Of a DNA stretch of 64,000 nucleotides, positions 49,944 through 61,437 are shown piece after piece; within the stretch, counting starts at the first letter, position 1; each line of letters opens with the position of its first letter. The notes beneath the pieces are model-generated. The model was not told the origin of the DNA. It did no database searches and was given only the letters and a program-made list of their open reading frames with translations. The stretch is taken from the NCBI GenBank assembly GCA_010909165.1, contig MU008188.1:248001-312000 (forward strand), read 5' to 3'. A program made the position numbers and the translations under genes. This stretch comes from Anthoceros angustus. Its lineage: Eukaryota; Plantae; Anthocerotophyta.

Positions 49944-50116
49944 AGTAACACCCCTCACCTGCCCGGTAAAAGGCGACAAGTCTTGGCTTCGTGATCTAGG
50001 ACCTCGCCAATTCACTCCACAAGAGACTTGCACGATTCTCAACGCCTCAACCTCACAACACGGCACTAGGCTCCAAGTAGCCCGCCATCGCGGACGCAGG
50101 GAAACCTCCTCGAGGT
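49944..50116 (-). repeat. Truncated 5' LTR (PBS-proximal ~173 bp)
   Basis: Shares agtaacacc...tctaggacctcgccaattcactccacaagagacttgcacgattctcaacgcctcaacctcacaacac...cctcctcgaggt with the 3' LTR and abuts the PBS. Confidence 0.85.
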
Positions 50117-53100
50117 CTTTTCTTTGTGCTCATAAAGAAGGGCCAGATCCCCTCCTTCACATACTCTTGGTTCCGGAGCCGTCGGTCGTGCCACACCTTG
50201 CGTTGATTCTGCACCGGTTGCATCCTCTGCTGAGCCTCCTCTCGTCCCTCCGTATGTTATACAAACCCTAGCAACCATTCCAATTGGCTTTCCTCCTCGG
50301 TTAGCCGCCCCTCCATCATTACTCGGAACGTGGGTACCTCAAATTCGACTGGCATAACCGGAGAATGCCCATAGGTTAGATAATACGGAGTTCGTTGGGT
50401 GGTTACTTTCTCCGCCGTCCTGAAGGCCCATAACGCTGATGGTAGCTTGGTATCCCAGTCATGCGCATAATTAACCGTGAGCTTATTAAGGATGCGACAG
50501 ATAAGTCCATTGGTCTTCTCCGTTAACCCATTGGCCTTTGGGTTGTATGGTGCCGTCTTGCGATGAGTTATACCAAAATAGTCTGTCATTGCAGCAATCA
50601 CATCATTCAGGAAATGAGTTCCCCTATCGCTTACCAACTGCAACGGACATCCATACCGTGTTATGATGTTTTCGTAGAGGAACTTTGCCACCGTGCTTGC
50701 AGAGTCCGTCCTTGTTGCCACCGCTTCCACCCACCTGGTGCAGTAGTCCGTCGCCACCAGGATGTATCTCTTCTGTGTGTGCTTCGTCAGAGGGTCGAGA
50801 TAGGTAGGGTCGATACTTTATTTTTCAAAGGCGCTAGTACTAGTATGGGCACCAGCGGCCATTGAGTCGTTGGGGTAGGCTTCCCGATCTGCTGACAAGC
50901 ATCACATCTCTTAACAAACTGGTGCGTTTCCCCATACATGGTGGGCCACCAATACGCAGCCTCCAAGATCTTTTTGGCGGTGACCTGTGCCGCATAATGT
51001 CCTCCACCCAATCCTTCATGCATCCCTTTTATTACTACCTCCATCTCCGCCTGCTGGAGGTACCTCCGTTCAACTCCGTCCGGCCCCATCTTGAAGACAC
51101 ACCCGTTATACATCCGAAAAGGGCGAGCGTAATGCACAAAGGCCTGTTGCTGGCTACGGGTTAATCCCCTTGGCATCTCCATCTCCCATGTGTATCGCCC
51201 ACCAGAGTTGGCTGCCCCTACGGCCGCTCCCTTCTCCGTCTCTCGCTCGGGTACTGGCCCACAAGCTTGCGCTTCTTCCGATCAAGGCCTCCACCAGTTT
51301 CCACCGTATACCAGCTCTTCGTCCGGGAAGGCATCCTCCTGATTATGTAGGACCGGCTCAGAGCCGTGATGAAGTCGGCTGCTCGTGTTGCCGCCCCTAC
51401 CTGGTCTCCACCTCAAAGGTGAACTCCTGTAGCAATAGGATCCACCTCGCAATTCGTCCTCACAGGTTCGCCTTATTCACTAGATGCTTGAGCGCGAAGT
51501 GGTCCACATAGAACACAAACTCGTTGGGTAGGAGGTAGTGCTTGAATTTCTTGACCGCGTACACTATGCCTAGCGCCTCCCGCTCCGTGGTGGTGTACCT
51601 CCGTTCCGCATGCGTGAGCTACCTTCCCGCATAGTAGATCGGATGATCCCTCCGCTGATCGTCCTTTTGGCTGAGCACAACTCCGATAGCGAACGCCGAC
51701 ACATCCACATATACGTGAAACCGTCTACCCCAGTCCGGACCTTTCAATACCGGAGCACTTATCAAGGTGGTCTGCAAATCCCTGAAGGCCGTCTCCCTCT
51801 CCGGTGTCCAAGCCCACTCCTCCTCCTTCCGGAGCAACTCCGTCAGCTTGGCGGCGTGCTTCGTGAAGTCCTTAATGAACCGTTTGTAGTAACCCACCAT
51901 GCCCAAGAATCCTCGCAGTTCTTTTAGATTTGTGGGCAGTTGCAAGGACTGGATGACCCGGACTTTGTCTTGGTCTACCTCTATTCCTCGCGCTGATACC
52001 CGATGCCCCAGCAGGATTCCCTCCGTCATGCCAAAGTAGCATTTCTCCGGATGTAGGCACAGCTGAGTCTCCCTACAGCGCTCCAAGCACTTCCGCAGGT
52101 GGCCAACGTGCTTGTCCTCCTCACCGTGCACACAAAAGTCGTCCAGGAACACCTCCATTAAGTCCCTCAAGAAATCCCGAAAAACATTGGTCACCATCCG
52201 CATGAATGACCCCGGCGCTCCGGTCATCCCGAAGGCGCTTCTCTTGTAGGCGAACGTCCCCCATTCCGTTGTGAACGTCGTCTTGTCCCAGTCTGACTCC
52301 CTCAGGTGCAGTTGGTTGTAGCCGGAGTATCCGTCTAGGAAGGAGTAAGTACTCCAGCCTGCCACCTTGTCCAGTATGTCATCCGCGAAAGGCATGGGAA
52401 AGTGGTCGTTCTCGGTGGTGGCATTGAGTTTCCTCCAACTCGGCAGACGCATTTAACTGCCCGGTCAAGCTTGGTACCACGACAATGGGTGCCACCCATT
52501 CGCTGTTTACAATCGGGAAGATGATGTCCGCCTCCAAATATTTGTCCAAGACCTCCTTGACCTTCAACGAGTGTTTGGGATTTAGTTTGTACTATCGAAT
52601 TTGAACGGGCACCGCACCCGGCTTCAGGTCTATCCGGTGTTCTCCCCACAGTTTCGGGATGCCCTTCATATCCGTAACCTTGAAAGCAAACACCTCGCTG
52701 AACTCCCCCAACAACTGGGTAAGGTCTCGCTTCAATTCCGTTGGCATGCCCTTCCGGAACTTTAAGGACTTGCCGGGTCGTACCTCCACGTCTTCCACAT
52801 CGTCCGGATTGACTGTCTCCCTTTCTCTCGCAGCCTCACTATGCCCAAACCCTTCATCCTCCATCCGGGGTTCATCTTTGCGCATCCCCCACTCTCGGAA
52901 AAGCTCGTCCGAGGTGAACCGAGTCACTTCCTCAGGTTCCGCCACCTCGTCGTCCGGAGGGCCCTCTCCCCTACTATCGCCTTCCTGGCTTGGCGCGACA
53001 TCCACGCGGAAGCAGTAACTGACCACCTCTGCTCCAAATGCGTCTCTTCGGTAGTCCATCTCCTCCTCGGACCACGTGATCTTGGGGAAGGGATAGACGT

Positions 53101-53180
53101 CGTCCGTATCCTCCCGTTCGTCGTTTCCACTGTCCTCGGCGGAGGTGTACCCCTCCGTGGTGCTTACGGTTTCTCCACAG
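50117..53180 (-). mobile_element. Non-chromovirus (Athila-like) Ty3/gypsy pol remnant: RT-RH-INT
   Basis: KLNATTENDHFPMPFADDILDKVAGWSTYSFLDGYSGYNQ, FLDDF, RFHVYVDVSAFAIGVVL, HHCC finger (GGGHYA..CDACQ), TDYCTRWVEAV..LVSDRGTHF..NGLTE; frameshifts and stops present; no LTR seen. Confidence 0.9.
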
Positions 53181-53184
53181 TATG

Positions 53185-54300
53185 TGTCACTTGCGAAAAA
53201 GTATCTTAGCATATTGATTTCTTGCTGGCTCCACTGTTGTTAATTGGTCTTGTAGAAAACAAGCTGCAATATCACTTTCATCAACAGTATCCGAGTACAA
53301 AGCACTCACTGAAGCCACGAAAGAGCTGAATGGGAAAGAAAACTATGTGAAGATTTGGATATGAAGCAGGAAGGGCCAACAGTGCTTAATTGTGATAATA
53401 TATCAGCCATTGCTCTTGTCGCTAATCCTGTCTTTCATGCGCGCACGAAGCATACTGAGATTCAACACCATTATATTCGTGACACTGCTGAGAGAGGAAT
53501 TCTTAAGGTACAGTATGTACCCATAGACGACAATACAGCAGATGACAAAATCCTTGCCGAAGTTCAAACATTGCTTCCATAGAGAAGGGCTGGATTGGTT
53601 GACTATAGCAGCTTTATGCAGCTGGACCAGTCACACATTTGGTGAGGCACATCTTATCTCAGAACGTTTAATTACTTGAAGTTGACAGCTATTGTAGACC
53701 GCTCGCTTCAATCTTGCTTGCGATCGGTGACGATCGATGAGTTGAGTTTAATTGAAGACCGTAGTACTTATACAATACTCTAGCGGCAAGTGATTATTAG
53801 TTCTTTGATTTAGATAACCCAACTAGTCTAAAAGGGAGAGTTACAAGTACAAACCGTGTTGGTTATGGTTAGGTTAGTTTAGCTTAACCCAGCATGGTCA
53901 TACCCTTTGGTATCTAGTACCGAAGAAGAACAACTCTTCTGACACAGGTTATAAAAGCCCACCTCTTGTAATCAATTGTATCAATTAGTACAGCACTAAA
54001 CTTTGATCAAACGCTTCCGCAAAGCACCTCAAACTAACAACACGCAAATTCTTTGCAGCCACATCGCTCTTGGGAGTCATAGCTTTGGCCTCCTCACAAC
54101 CCTCTTGCACTGCATATCTAGAGGACAAGCTATGATCTGAGCTTGCCCTATGTGAAAGGGTATACATATACTAGCCCTTGGCATTGGCATATTCCTAAGA
54201 TATCTTATTGGCATCAGCATATGCCGAAAATATCCTAAGAATATACTACGATATGCAAGGAATATGCTAAAGCATATCACTTATGCTTATCCACTTAGTT
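53185..54300 (+). mobile_element. Ty1/copia 3' remnant: RNase H, PPT and probable LTR
   Basis: RKS..FLAGSTVVNWSCRKQAAISLSSTVSEYKAL; CDNISAIALVANPVFHARTKHTEIQHHYIRD; purine tract aaaagggagag at 53830-53840; TATAAAAG at 53950. LTR end not defined. Confidence 0.75.
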
Positions 54301-54489
54301 ATTGCTAACTATGTTTAATTAACACTAATAAATGCTTAATTAGTATAAGAGTTTTAGATTAATCAATACTAAGTACTTACTTTAAAGATCCTTTGCCTTA
54401 TCATCCCGTTTTGCCCGAAGCTAGAGTCGCGTGATCCTTGGTACCAAATAAACTTGCAATTGGAGTCGCCTTGAGTGTGGAGCTATGAA

Positions 54490-55695
54490 GCTTGGGCGTG
54501 GAGCTACCAATCATATCTCAAAGGTCTTTCTCGATGTGCATCTTCAACTTCCAGAGATGGAAGTTCTTGCCAATTGAACTTCTTTATCACACGGTACTCA
54601 GGTCGCGAATGTGATGAGGACATTTTGAGTGTATAGTGACCCAATCGTACCAAGTGACGACAAGTGCGTCAAGCTTCACAGATGGAAGTTCTAGCCATTG
54701 AACTTCTTTATCACATAGTACTCAAGTCGCGAATATGATGAGGATATTTTGAGTGTATAGTGACTCAATCGTACCAAGTGACGGCAAGTGCGTCAAGCTT
54801 CGGCGTAGGACCGTCAATCATGTCTCAAAGGTCTTTCTCGATGTGCATCTTCAACTTCCAGAGATGGAAGTTCTTGCCATTGAACTTCTTTACCACACGG
54901 TACTCAGGTCACGAATGTGATGAGGACATTTTTGAGTACATAGTGAAGGCTAGGCCTAAATATTGGTTCGCTAGGGTACGGCCTGGCGAACCCACATGCC
55001 ATGCCATGAGCATGGCCTTCCTCTCCCTTGCCCCTCTCTCTCGTATCCGTGCCAACCCTCGACCGGGCCACCGGAGGCAAGGAACTAATTCAAGTTCCCG
55101 TCGTCCGCGGCTATACTCTGGCACGATACAAAGTCGAACTCGTCAGCATGCACAGTCATTGAAAGAAAATTTTCCTCCACTGGGCCTCTAAACTGCAAAA
55201 AGGACAATGCGCTATAACCTCATCCATCACTTGAGCACGATCAGTATACATGCATCCTCTCCAGCCTTCGGTCTTTCAACTCTTACCGTGTATTTGCTTG
55301 AGCGGGCGCTCTCGCTCTGCTTCTCAATGAAGCGAGCGAAGGCGGCGATGTCGCAGCAGAGATTGCCACGACAATCAGGGTGGCGGGAACTTGAATTAGT
55401 TTCCCGATGCTCCCGGTGGCTTGGTCGCAGGTTGGCATAGATAAGAGAGAGAGAGGAGTAGGGAGAGGAAGGCCATGCTCATGGCATGGCATGTGGGTTC
55501 GCCAGGCCGTACCCTGGCGAACCGATATTTAGGCCTAGCCCATAGTGAATGTGAATAGGACATTTTGAGTGCATAGTGACTCAATTGTACCTAGTGACGC
55601 AAGTGATGATGAGACTTTTGATGGTCGGGCTTCCGTAGAAAGCTTGATCAACACTCAAGTAAATCTACAAACGGCCTAAGCGGGCTTTGATACCA
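54490..55695 (-). mobile_element. Ty1/copia 5' remnant: PBS plus tandemly amplified gag N-terminus
   Basis: Minus strand reads ...CTACA|TGGTATCAAAGCC (LTR end at 55696, Met-type PBS 55683-55695); three repeat units encode variants of MSSSHSRPEYRVIKKFNGKNFHLWKLKM..EKDL*DMI (copia gag N-terminus). Confidence 0.75.
54948..55540. mobile_element. Non-autonomous Mutator-like TIR element (593 bp) with a 9-bp TSD
   Basis: TIRs of about 155 bp start GGCTAGGCCTAAATA and have 2 mismatches in the first 81 nt; CATAGTGAA flanks both sides (54939-54947 and 55541-55549). Confidence 0.92.
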
Positions 55696-56281
55696 TGTAG
55701 AAGCTTGCAAGTGGCTCCCACACAAATAATTAGGTGAATGAAATGGAGAAGTAAAACAAGCTCAAGTACAATGGAGCTTAAGTAAAACTAGCTTAGATGA
55801 ATGTCAAACTCTACTGGCCCAGAACAGCTCCTTGTGCTGCAGCAGCCAATTCTCGCTACTGAAAGAACAATGCCGGTGGGTGATGCAAACTACTTTCATA
55901 GAAAGACGGACCAAAGCAAGGCTGCAGCTACGCAATGTGCGGTAGAGAGTTTCGCCCGCAAATGTAGCTGGACATTTCAGAGGAAAATTTGGCATCTTGC
56001 AAAGTGACTGAAAAAGTGCACCACAGACCATAGCCGGGTGGCAATCGACTCTAGGTTGCTGCCTAGTTTGCTAGCATTCCGGAGGAAAAATTCCCGTTTA
56101 TGCTGCACAGACAGAAGGGCATACAGTTCATTCTAATTCCCCTATTTTCTAACCGTTCCAAAATTTCCGCCGCTTAGCCAGAGCATGTGAATGTAAATAT
56201 GCCCCAAAATGTGCCTCAAGTTGGTCTGAACCCAACTCTCGCTGGCCTCGTCAAAAATGCGATGACACAATTGTGTTTAGC

Positions 56282-59200
56282 TTAATTCGAGTAAGCTTCC
56301 CCTGTCACACTACTGGCGGCAAAGAAGTCCTGCAAGGCGATCATGTTAATCGGGCAGTTAACGAGCCCTCTCACAGCTTCTAGAGTTGCCAGCCCTCCTG
56401 CGATTGTGGTGATAATAGGCACCTTGTAGGCCAGCGCGGACCTCCTCAACTGCCGTCCATCCTTCTGGTCGAGCGTATCACCAGAGCTGGTGATCATGAC
56501 CAGCTGGATAAGCCCATTGGCAAGCAAGTCCCCTACATGAGGACGTCCTTCATGAAGCTTCAGGACCGTCTCCACCTGCACACCTGCACTCTCCAAGTGA
56601 CGGGCAGTACCAACTGTGGAGAGAATTTTGAAGCCTAGGTCCTGAAATCCTCGAGCTATAGGCACCGCCTGTGCCTTGGTTTGGTCGTTGATGCTGATGA
56701 AGACAGTCCCAGAAAGGGGCAACTTCTGATTAGCAGCTATTTGAGCTTTTGCAAAAGCTTTGTCGAACCCATAATCAATTCCCATCACCTCCCCAGTGCT
56801 TCTCATTTCGGGGCCTAGGATGACATCACAACCTTGAAACTTGTCGAAAGGCAATACAGCTTCCTTCACAGAGACGTGATTTGGAATGACTTCCTCTGTG
56901 TACTTAAGGTCCTCTAAGGTTTTCCCTGACATCACCAGCGCAGCATATTTTGCAAGGGGATGACCAATCGCTTTGGAAACAAAAGGAACAGTCCTCGAAG
57001 CCCTGGGATTAGCTTCAATGATGTATACTTCCCCGGTAAGCGTGATGGCGTACTGGCAATTCATCAAACCACATACCCCTAATCTTTTGGCAAGCTTTGC
57101 AGTTGCTTCACGAATAGTCTGTAACGCCTCTGCTGTGATTGTCTGTGTCGGAATGGAGCACGCAGAGTCCCCAGAGTGAATGCCTGCCTGCTCAATGTGC
57201 TCCATGATTCCTCCGATCACCACATTGCCAGCATTGTCCGCCAAACAATCCACATCAATTTCAGTTGCATCTGTCAGGTACTTGTCAACGAGAACTGGCC
57301 TTTCCGGGTCAACTTCCACCGCAGTTTCAAGATACGTCGTTAACTTAGAGTCGTTATATACTATCTCCATAGCGCGACCACCCAGGACATACGATGGCCT
57401 CACCACAACGGGATAACCCACTCGTTTTGCAATTGCCAATGCATCCTCTTCACTCCTTGCAATGCCCCCCGGGGGCTGATTGATTCCAAGCTCATTCAGA
57501 ATAGCTTCAAACCGCTTCCTATCCTCTGCAGCATCAATGGAGTCCGGACTGGTTCCCCAAATCCTCACTAACCCATTGCCTGACGCTGCTGGTATGCAGT
57601 TCCTTTCCAGATACTCCTGGATAGGCACTGCAAGCTTCAGGGGCGTCTGACCACCAAACTGGACGATGATACCGTCGGGCCTCTCCAAATCAATGACATT
57701 CTGCACATCTTCAACTGTCAAAGGCTCAAAATACAGCCGATCACTGGTGTCGTAGTCTGTAGACACGGTCTCAGGATTTGAATTCATCATGATCGTCTCA
57801 TATCCAGCGTCCTGAAACAAGAAAAACTTAAACTCAGCATGAAACTCAAAGCTGTACATTGAGAGGAATACGTCAACAGAAAATGATCTTCCCAACAGCC
57901 TGAGCACAGACAGAGAACAAACATGGCACAGCAAGGATGGTGTAGACGAAAAACCTGGAGAGCAAAGGAAGCATGACAGCAGCAGTAATCGAATTCAATG
58001 CCCTGGCCGATTCGATTCGGACCCCCTCCCAGGATGAGCACCTTCTTCTTGTCGTTAGGTACTGATTCGCACTCATCATCATAGGAAGAATATAAATAGG
58101 GAGTGTCTGCTTCAAACTCGGCAGCGCAAGTATCAACCCTTTTGTATGCAGGCACAACCCCGAGAGCTACCCGGTGCGCTCGAACCTCCTCCTCAGATGA
58201 GCCAGTTGCAAAAGCTATTTGCTTGTCACTGTAGCCCCGTCGCTTTACTTGCTTCAGATCTTCCTTGGATAAAGACGCGAGATGGCTTCCAGTGAGGAAA
58301 TTTTCCACCTGAAGAAGCTCCCCCAGCTGCGAGATGAACCAAGGATCGATGAAGCTCAAGTCATGGACCTCCTGCTCAGTCAATCCGCGCTTCATAGCCG
58401 CATACAGCACAAAGATACGTTCGGGATTGGGAACCCTGAGGTTATATTTGATCTTCTCCAAATCCCAGTTCAGCTCCTTGCTATTCTCACATCCCCAGCC
58501 ACTGTGGCCAGTCTCCAAAGATCTGAGAGCCTTTTGGAAAGACTCCTGAAACGTTCGCCCCATGGCCATGGCTTCACCCACAGACTTCATCTGGGTGGTC
58601 AAAACGGGTTCGGAGCCAGGGAACTTTTCGAAAGCAAAACGGGGTATCTGCAAGGAGGAGGCGAGGAAATTAGTTGGAAGTGATGAGAATGTGAGAAGGA
58701 TGAGAAGGAAGCAAGCAAGCAAAAAGAAAGGGGAGCGGTGTGCTGCTTGCTCACCTTGGTGACCACGTAGTCGATGGACGGCTCAAAGCTAGCCGGTGTC
58801 TTCTTGGTGATGTCGTTGGGAATGTGATCCAAAGTGTAGCCCACGGACAGCTTGGCTGCCATCTTGGCAATGGGGAAGCCAGTGGCCTTGGAGGCGAGAG
58901 CCGAGGAGCGTGACACTCTTGGGTTCATCTCGATGACCATAACCTCGCCGTCGGCCGGATTGACTGCAAATTGCACATTAGAGCCGCCGCACTCCACGCC
59001 CACTTCCCGGATGATGGCCACAGCCTGATCCCGCAGCCTCTGGTACTCCTTGTCGGTGAGAGTCTGCGCGGGGGCGACGGTGATGGAGTCGCCGGTATGC
59101 ACGCCCATGGGGTCGATGTTCTCGATGGAGCAGATGATGACCACGTTGTCCGCCAGATCCCTCATTACCTCCAATTCGTACTCCTTCCACCCCAGCAGCG

Positions 59201-60179
59201 ACTTCTCGACGAGCACCTGCGACGTGAGGCTGGCCGCCAGCCCGGACTTGCAGATGGCCTCGAACTCCTGCCGGTTGTACGCAATCCCGCCCCCGGTCCC
59301 CCCTAGCGTGAAGGCGGGGCGGATGATGAGCGGGTAATCCCCAATGCTCTCCGCAATTCGAAAGCAGTCGGAAAGCTCCGTGGCGATGCCGGAGGGCGGG
59401 GACTTGATCCCGATCCTGGTCATGGCCTCCTTGAAGAGCAGGCGGTCCTCCGCCATCCGGATGGCCTCCAGCTTGGCCCCGATGAGCTCCACCCCGTACT
59501 TGTCCAGCACGCCACCCTCGGCCAGCGCGACGGCCAGGTTGAGCGCCGTCTGCCCGCCCATGGTGGGCAGCAGAGCGTCGGGCCGCTCCTTCTCCAACAC
59601 CTTCTCCACCAATTCCGGCGTCATGGGCGTGATGTAGGTCCGGTCCGCCAGGTCGGGGTCCGTCATGATGGTGGCCGGGTTGGAGTTGATGAGGATGACC
59701 TGGTAGCCCTCCTCCTTGAGCGCCTTGCACGCCTGCGTGCCGGAGTAGTCGAATTCGCAGGCCTGGCCGATGACGATGGGCCCGGCCCCGAGGATGAGAA
59801 TTTTCCTGATGTCCGTCCTCTTCCCCCGCGGCGACAGCGCCGGGCGCGGGTGCTGCAGCGGCGGCAGCGCCGGAGGCTCTGCCGCCGAGGCCGCAGGTGC
59901 CTCATTCTCCCCCGCCTTCTCCAGAATGCTGTTGCACCGAATTTCCCAGGGCCGGCGCACTGGCAGCGGCAAAGGCACAGCCAGCCGCGAGAGCGAGGAG
60001 TGCAGGGAGCCGGAGCCCGCAATGCATGACAGAGAGGGCGGAAGCTTCCGCCGGAGGCGGCGGCAGCAGCAGCTGCTCTGAGAAGAAAACGAAGGCTGCA
60101 GCAAGGAGCGCGCGGGGCGCAGGGCAGGCGCCTGCGCCTGCGCCGCCAGCACCTGGGACTTGAGAGAGCAGCACTCCAT
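56282..60179 (-). CDS. carB: Carbamoyl-phosphate synthase large chain, plastid-targeted (3 exons)
   Basis: ATG 60179 with a transit peptide; [28 protein letters not shown]; [19 protein letters not shown]; [18 protein letters not shown]; MGS domain [13 protein letters not shown]; introns 58648-58754 and 57812-57954. Confidence 0.97.
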
Positions 60180-60385
60180 GTCCGCAGCAGCCGCAAAGCA
60201 GGAGGAAAGGCAGCCGGGCCGGGTCGTGAAAAAGAAGAAGAAGAAGAAGTGCAAGGCGGGAGGCAAGGAGGCGGGAGAGCAGGTCACACAGCCATGGCGA
60301 GCTCGCTGCGCGCGCTGCCTTGGCGGGCTTGCGGGAGAGAGGGGGAGCGTGGCAGCCGGCCGACGAGGATGTGTCCTACTGATGG

Positions 60386-60409
60386 ATGACTCACACAGCG
60401 TGGAGTCAT
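60386..60409. promoter_or_regulatory. Inverted pair of GCN4/AP-1-like motifs in the carB/esterase divergent region
   Basis: ATGACTCA (60386-60393) and GAGTCAT (60403-60409), 10-nt spacer; motif match only. Confidence 0.35.
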
Positions 60410-60677
60410 GTGGCCGCGGGACGAGACGTCTCGTCTCGCGGCCCCGGACGACTGACGAATCGAATCAAGGCGAGACGAGACGAGACGAGACGAGGCGACT
60501 CGGCCCCTCAGCTGAGTCGGTGTCTCGGCATCTAGGTCAAGAGGCAACCTCAACTCAAATTCTAGCATCAGCACATGTGAGGAATAGGGCGTAGCGTCCC
60601 AGCTGGAGTTGGACTGGGAGGGGACCAGTTGCAGTGAACTGGAGTGGCGTGGGAGAGCGGCAGAGGAGGCGGGAGCG

Positions 60678-61406
60678 ATGGACGTGGTGATCTTGTCCGG
60701 GCAGAGCAACATGGCTGGCCGGGGAGGCGTCCACGACTGCGTCTGGGACGGGGTTGTGCCCGCAGAATGTGTTTCGAATCGGGGAGTCGGCACCGTGCAG
60801 CGGCTGAGCGCCGGCCTGGAGTGGGAAGAAGCGAGGGAGCCGTTGCACTGGGACATCGACACCAGCAAGACATGCGGCGTGGGGCCGGGGCTGGCGTTCG
60901 CTGCTGCCGTTCCGGATCCCGGGCGGCGCCTGGGCCTGGTTCCTTGTGCGGTGGGAGGAACCGCCTTGGAGCAGTGGGAACGCGGGAAGGAGCTTTACTC
61001 CGCCATGATTCGGCGCGCGCAGGCGGCAGCCGCGGGAGGACTCAACCGCATCAAGGCGATGCTGTGGTACCAGGGGGAGAGCGACACTTTGCTGCCCGAG
61101 GCCGTGCCGCTCTTTCAGAGCCGTTTGGAGACATTGATTGCCGATGTGAGGGCGGATCTCGGCGTGCCCGACCTTCCCGTCATCCAGGTCGGCATCACCG
61201 TGGCTTCGCATCCCTTCCCGGAGCTTCTGGAGCGGGTGCGGGAGGCCCAGCGTGCCGTGAACTCCCTGCCCGGGGTCTTCTATGTGGATGCCCTAGGGCT
61301 GCCGTTGAAGGCGGACGGGGTGCATCTCACCACTGGTGCGCAGGTTCAGCTGGGAAGGATGTTGGCGGCTGTTTATACTGAGAAATGTTGCGCACGTCGG
61401 GACTGA
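60678..61406 (+). CDS. SASA/SGNH-type carbohydrate esterase (At4g34215-like), intronless
   Basis: MDVVILSGQSNMAGRGGV; AREPLHWDID..CGVGPGLAF; GLVPCAVGGT; LWYQGESD; DGVHLTT. The first ATG is 60678; the ORF-track start is TTG. Confidence 0.93.
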   Translation: MDVVILSGQSNMAGRGGVHDCVWDGVVPAECVSNRGVGTVQRLSAGLEWEEAREPLHWDIDTSKTCGVGPGLAFAAAVPDPGRRLGLVPCAVGGTALEQWERGKELYSAMIRRAQAAAAGGLNRIKAMLWYQGESDTLLPEAVPLFQSRLETLIADVRADLGVPDLPVIQVGITVASHPFPELLERVREAQRAVNSLPGVFYVDALGLPLKADGVHLTTGAQVQLGRMLAAVYTEKCCARRD

Positions 61407-61437
61407 GTCCCGGACGATGGTTTCTTATTCCGCTGTC

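Larger units (their letters stand above)
43765..50116 (-). mobile_element. Chromovirus-like Ty3/gypsy LTR retrotransposon, degenerate (gag-PR-RT-RH-INT-chromodomain), 5' LTR truncated
   Basis: Met-type PBS (tggtatc) at about 49926-49939; gag zinc knuckle CYSCGEPGHYANEC; RT FGLTNAP and YLDD near 46580; RH YTDASDIAIGGVLMQEGRPVAYESRKL; integrase fragments at 44700-45700; chromodomain-like RVSVRLRGY; PPT at 44351-44361. Confidence 0.9.

Noticed and set aside
53839-54310. Second possible AG...CT LTR (AGTTA at 53839, TAACT at 54306-54310)
   Set aside because: There is no second LTR copy to fix the boundaries, and a 5-nt match in AT-rich DNA is expected by chance.
55801-56007. 68-aa ATG ORF between the transposon island and carB
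   Set aside because: No recognisable motif; it lies in probable LTR or carB 3' flank.
60678-61406. Intronless GC-rich esterase as a horizontal transfer
   Set aside because: Its motifs match the plant At4g34215 family, and short genes and first exons here are generally GC-rich.
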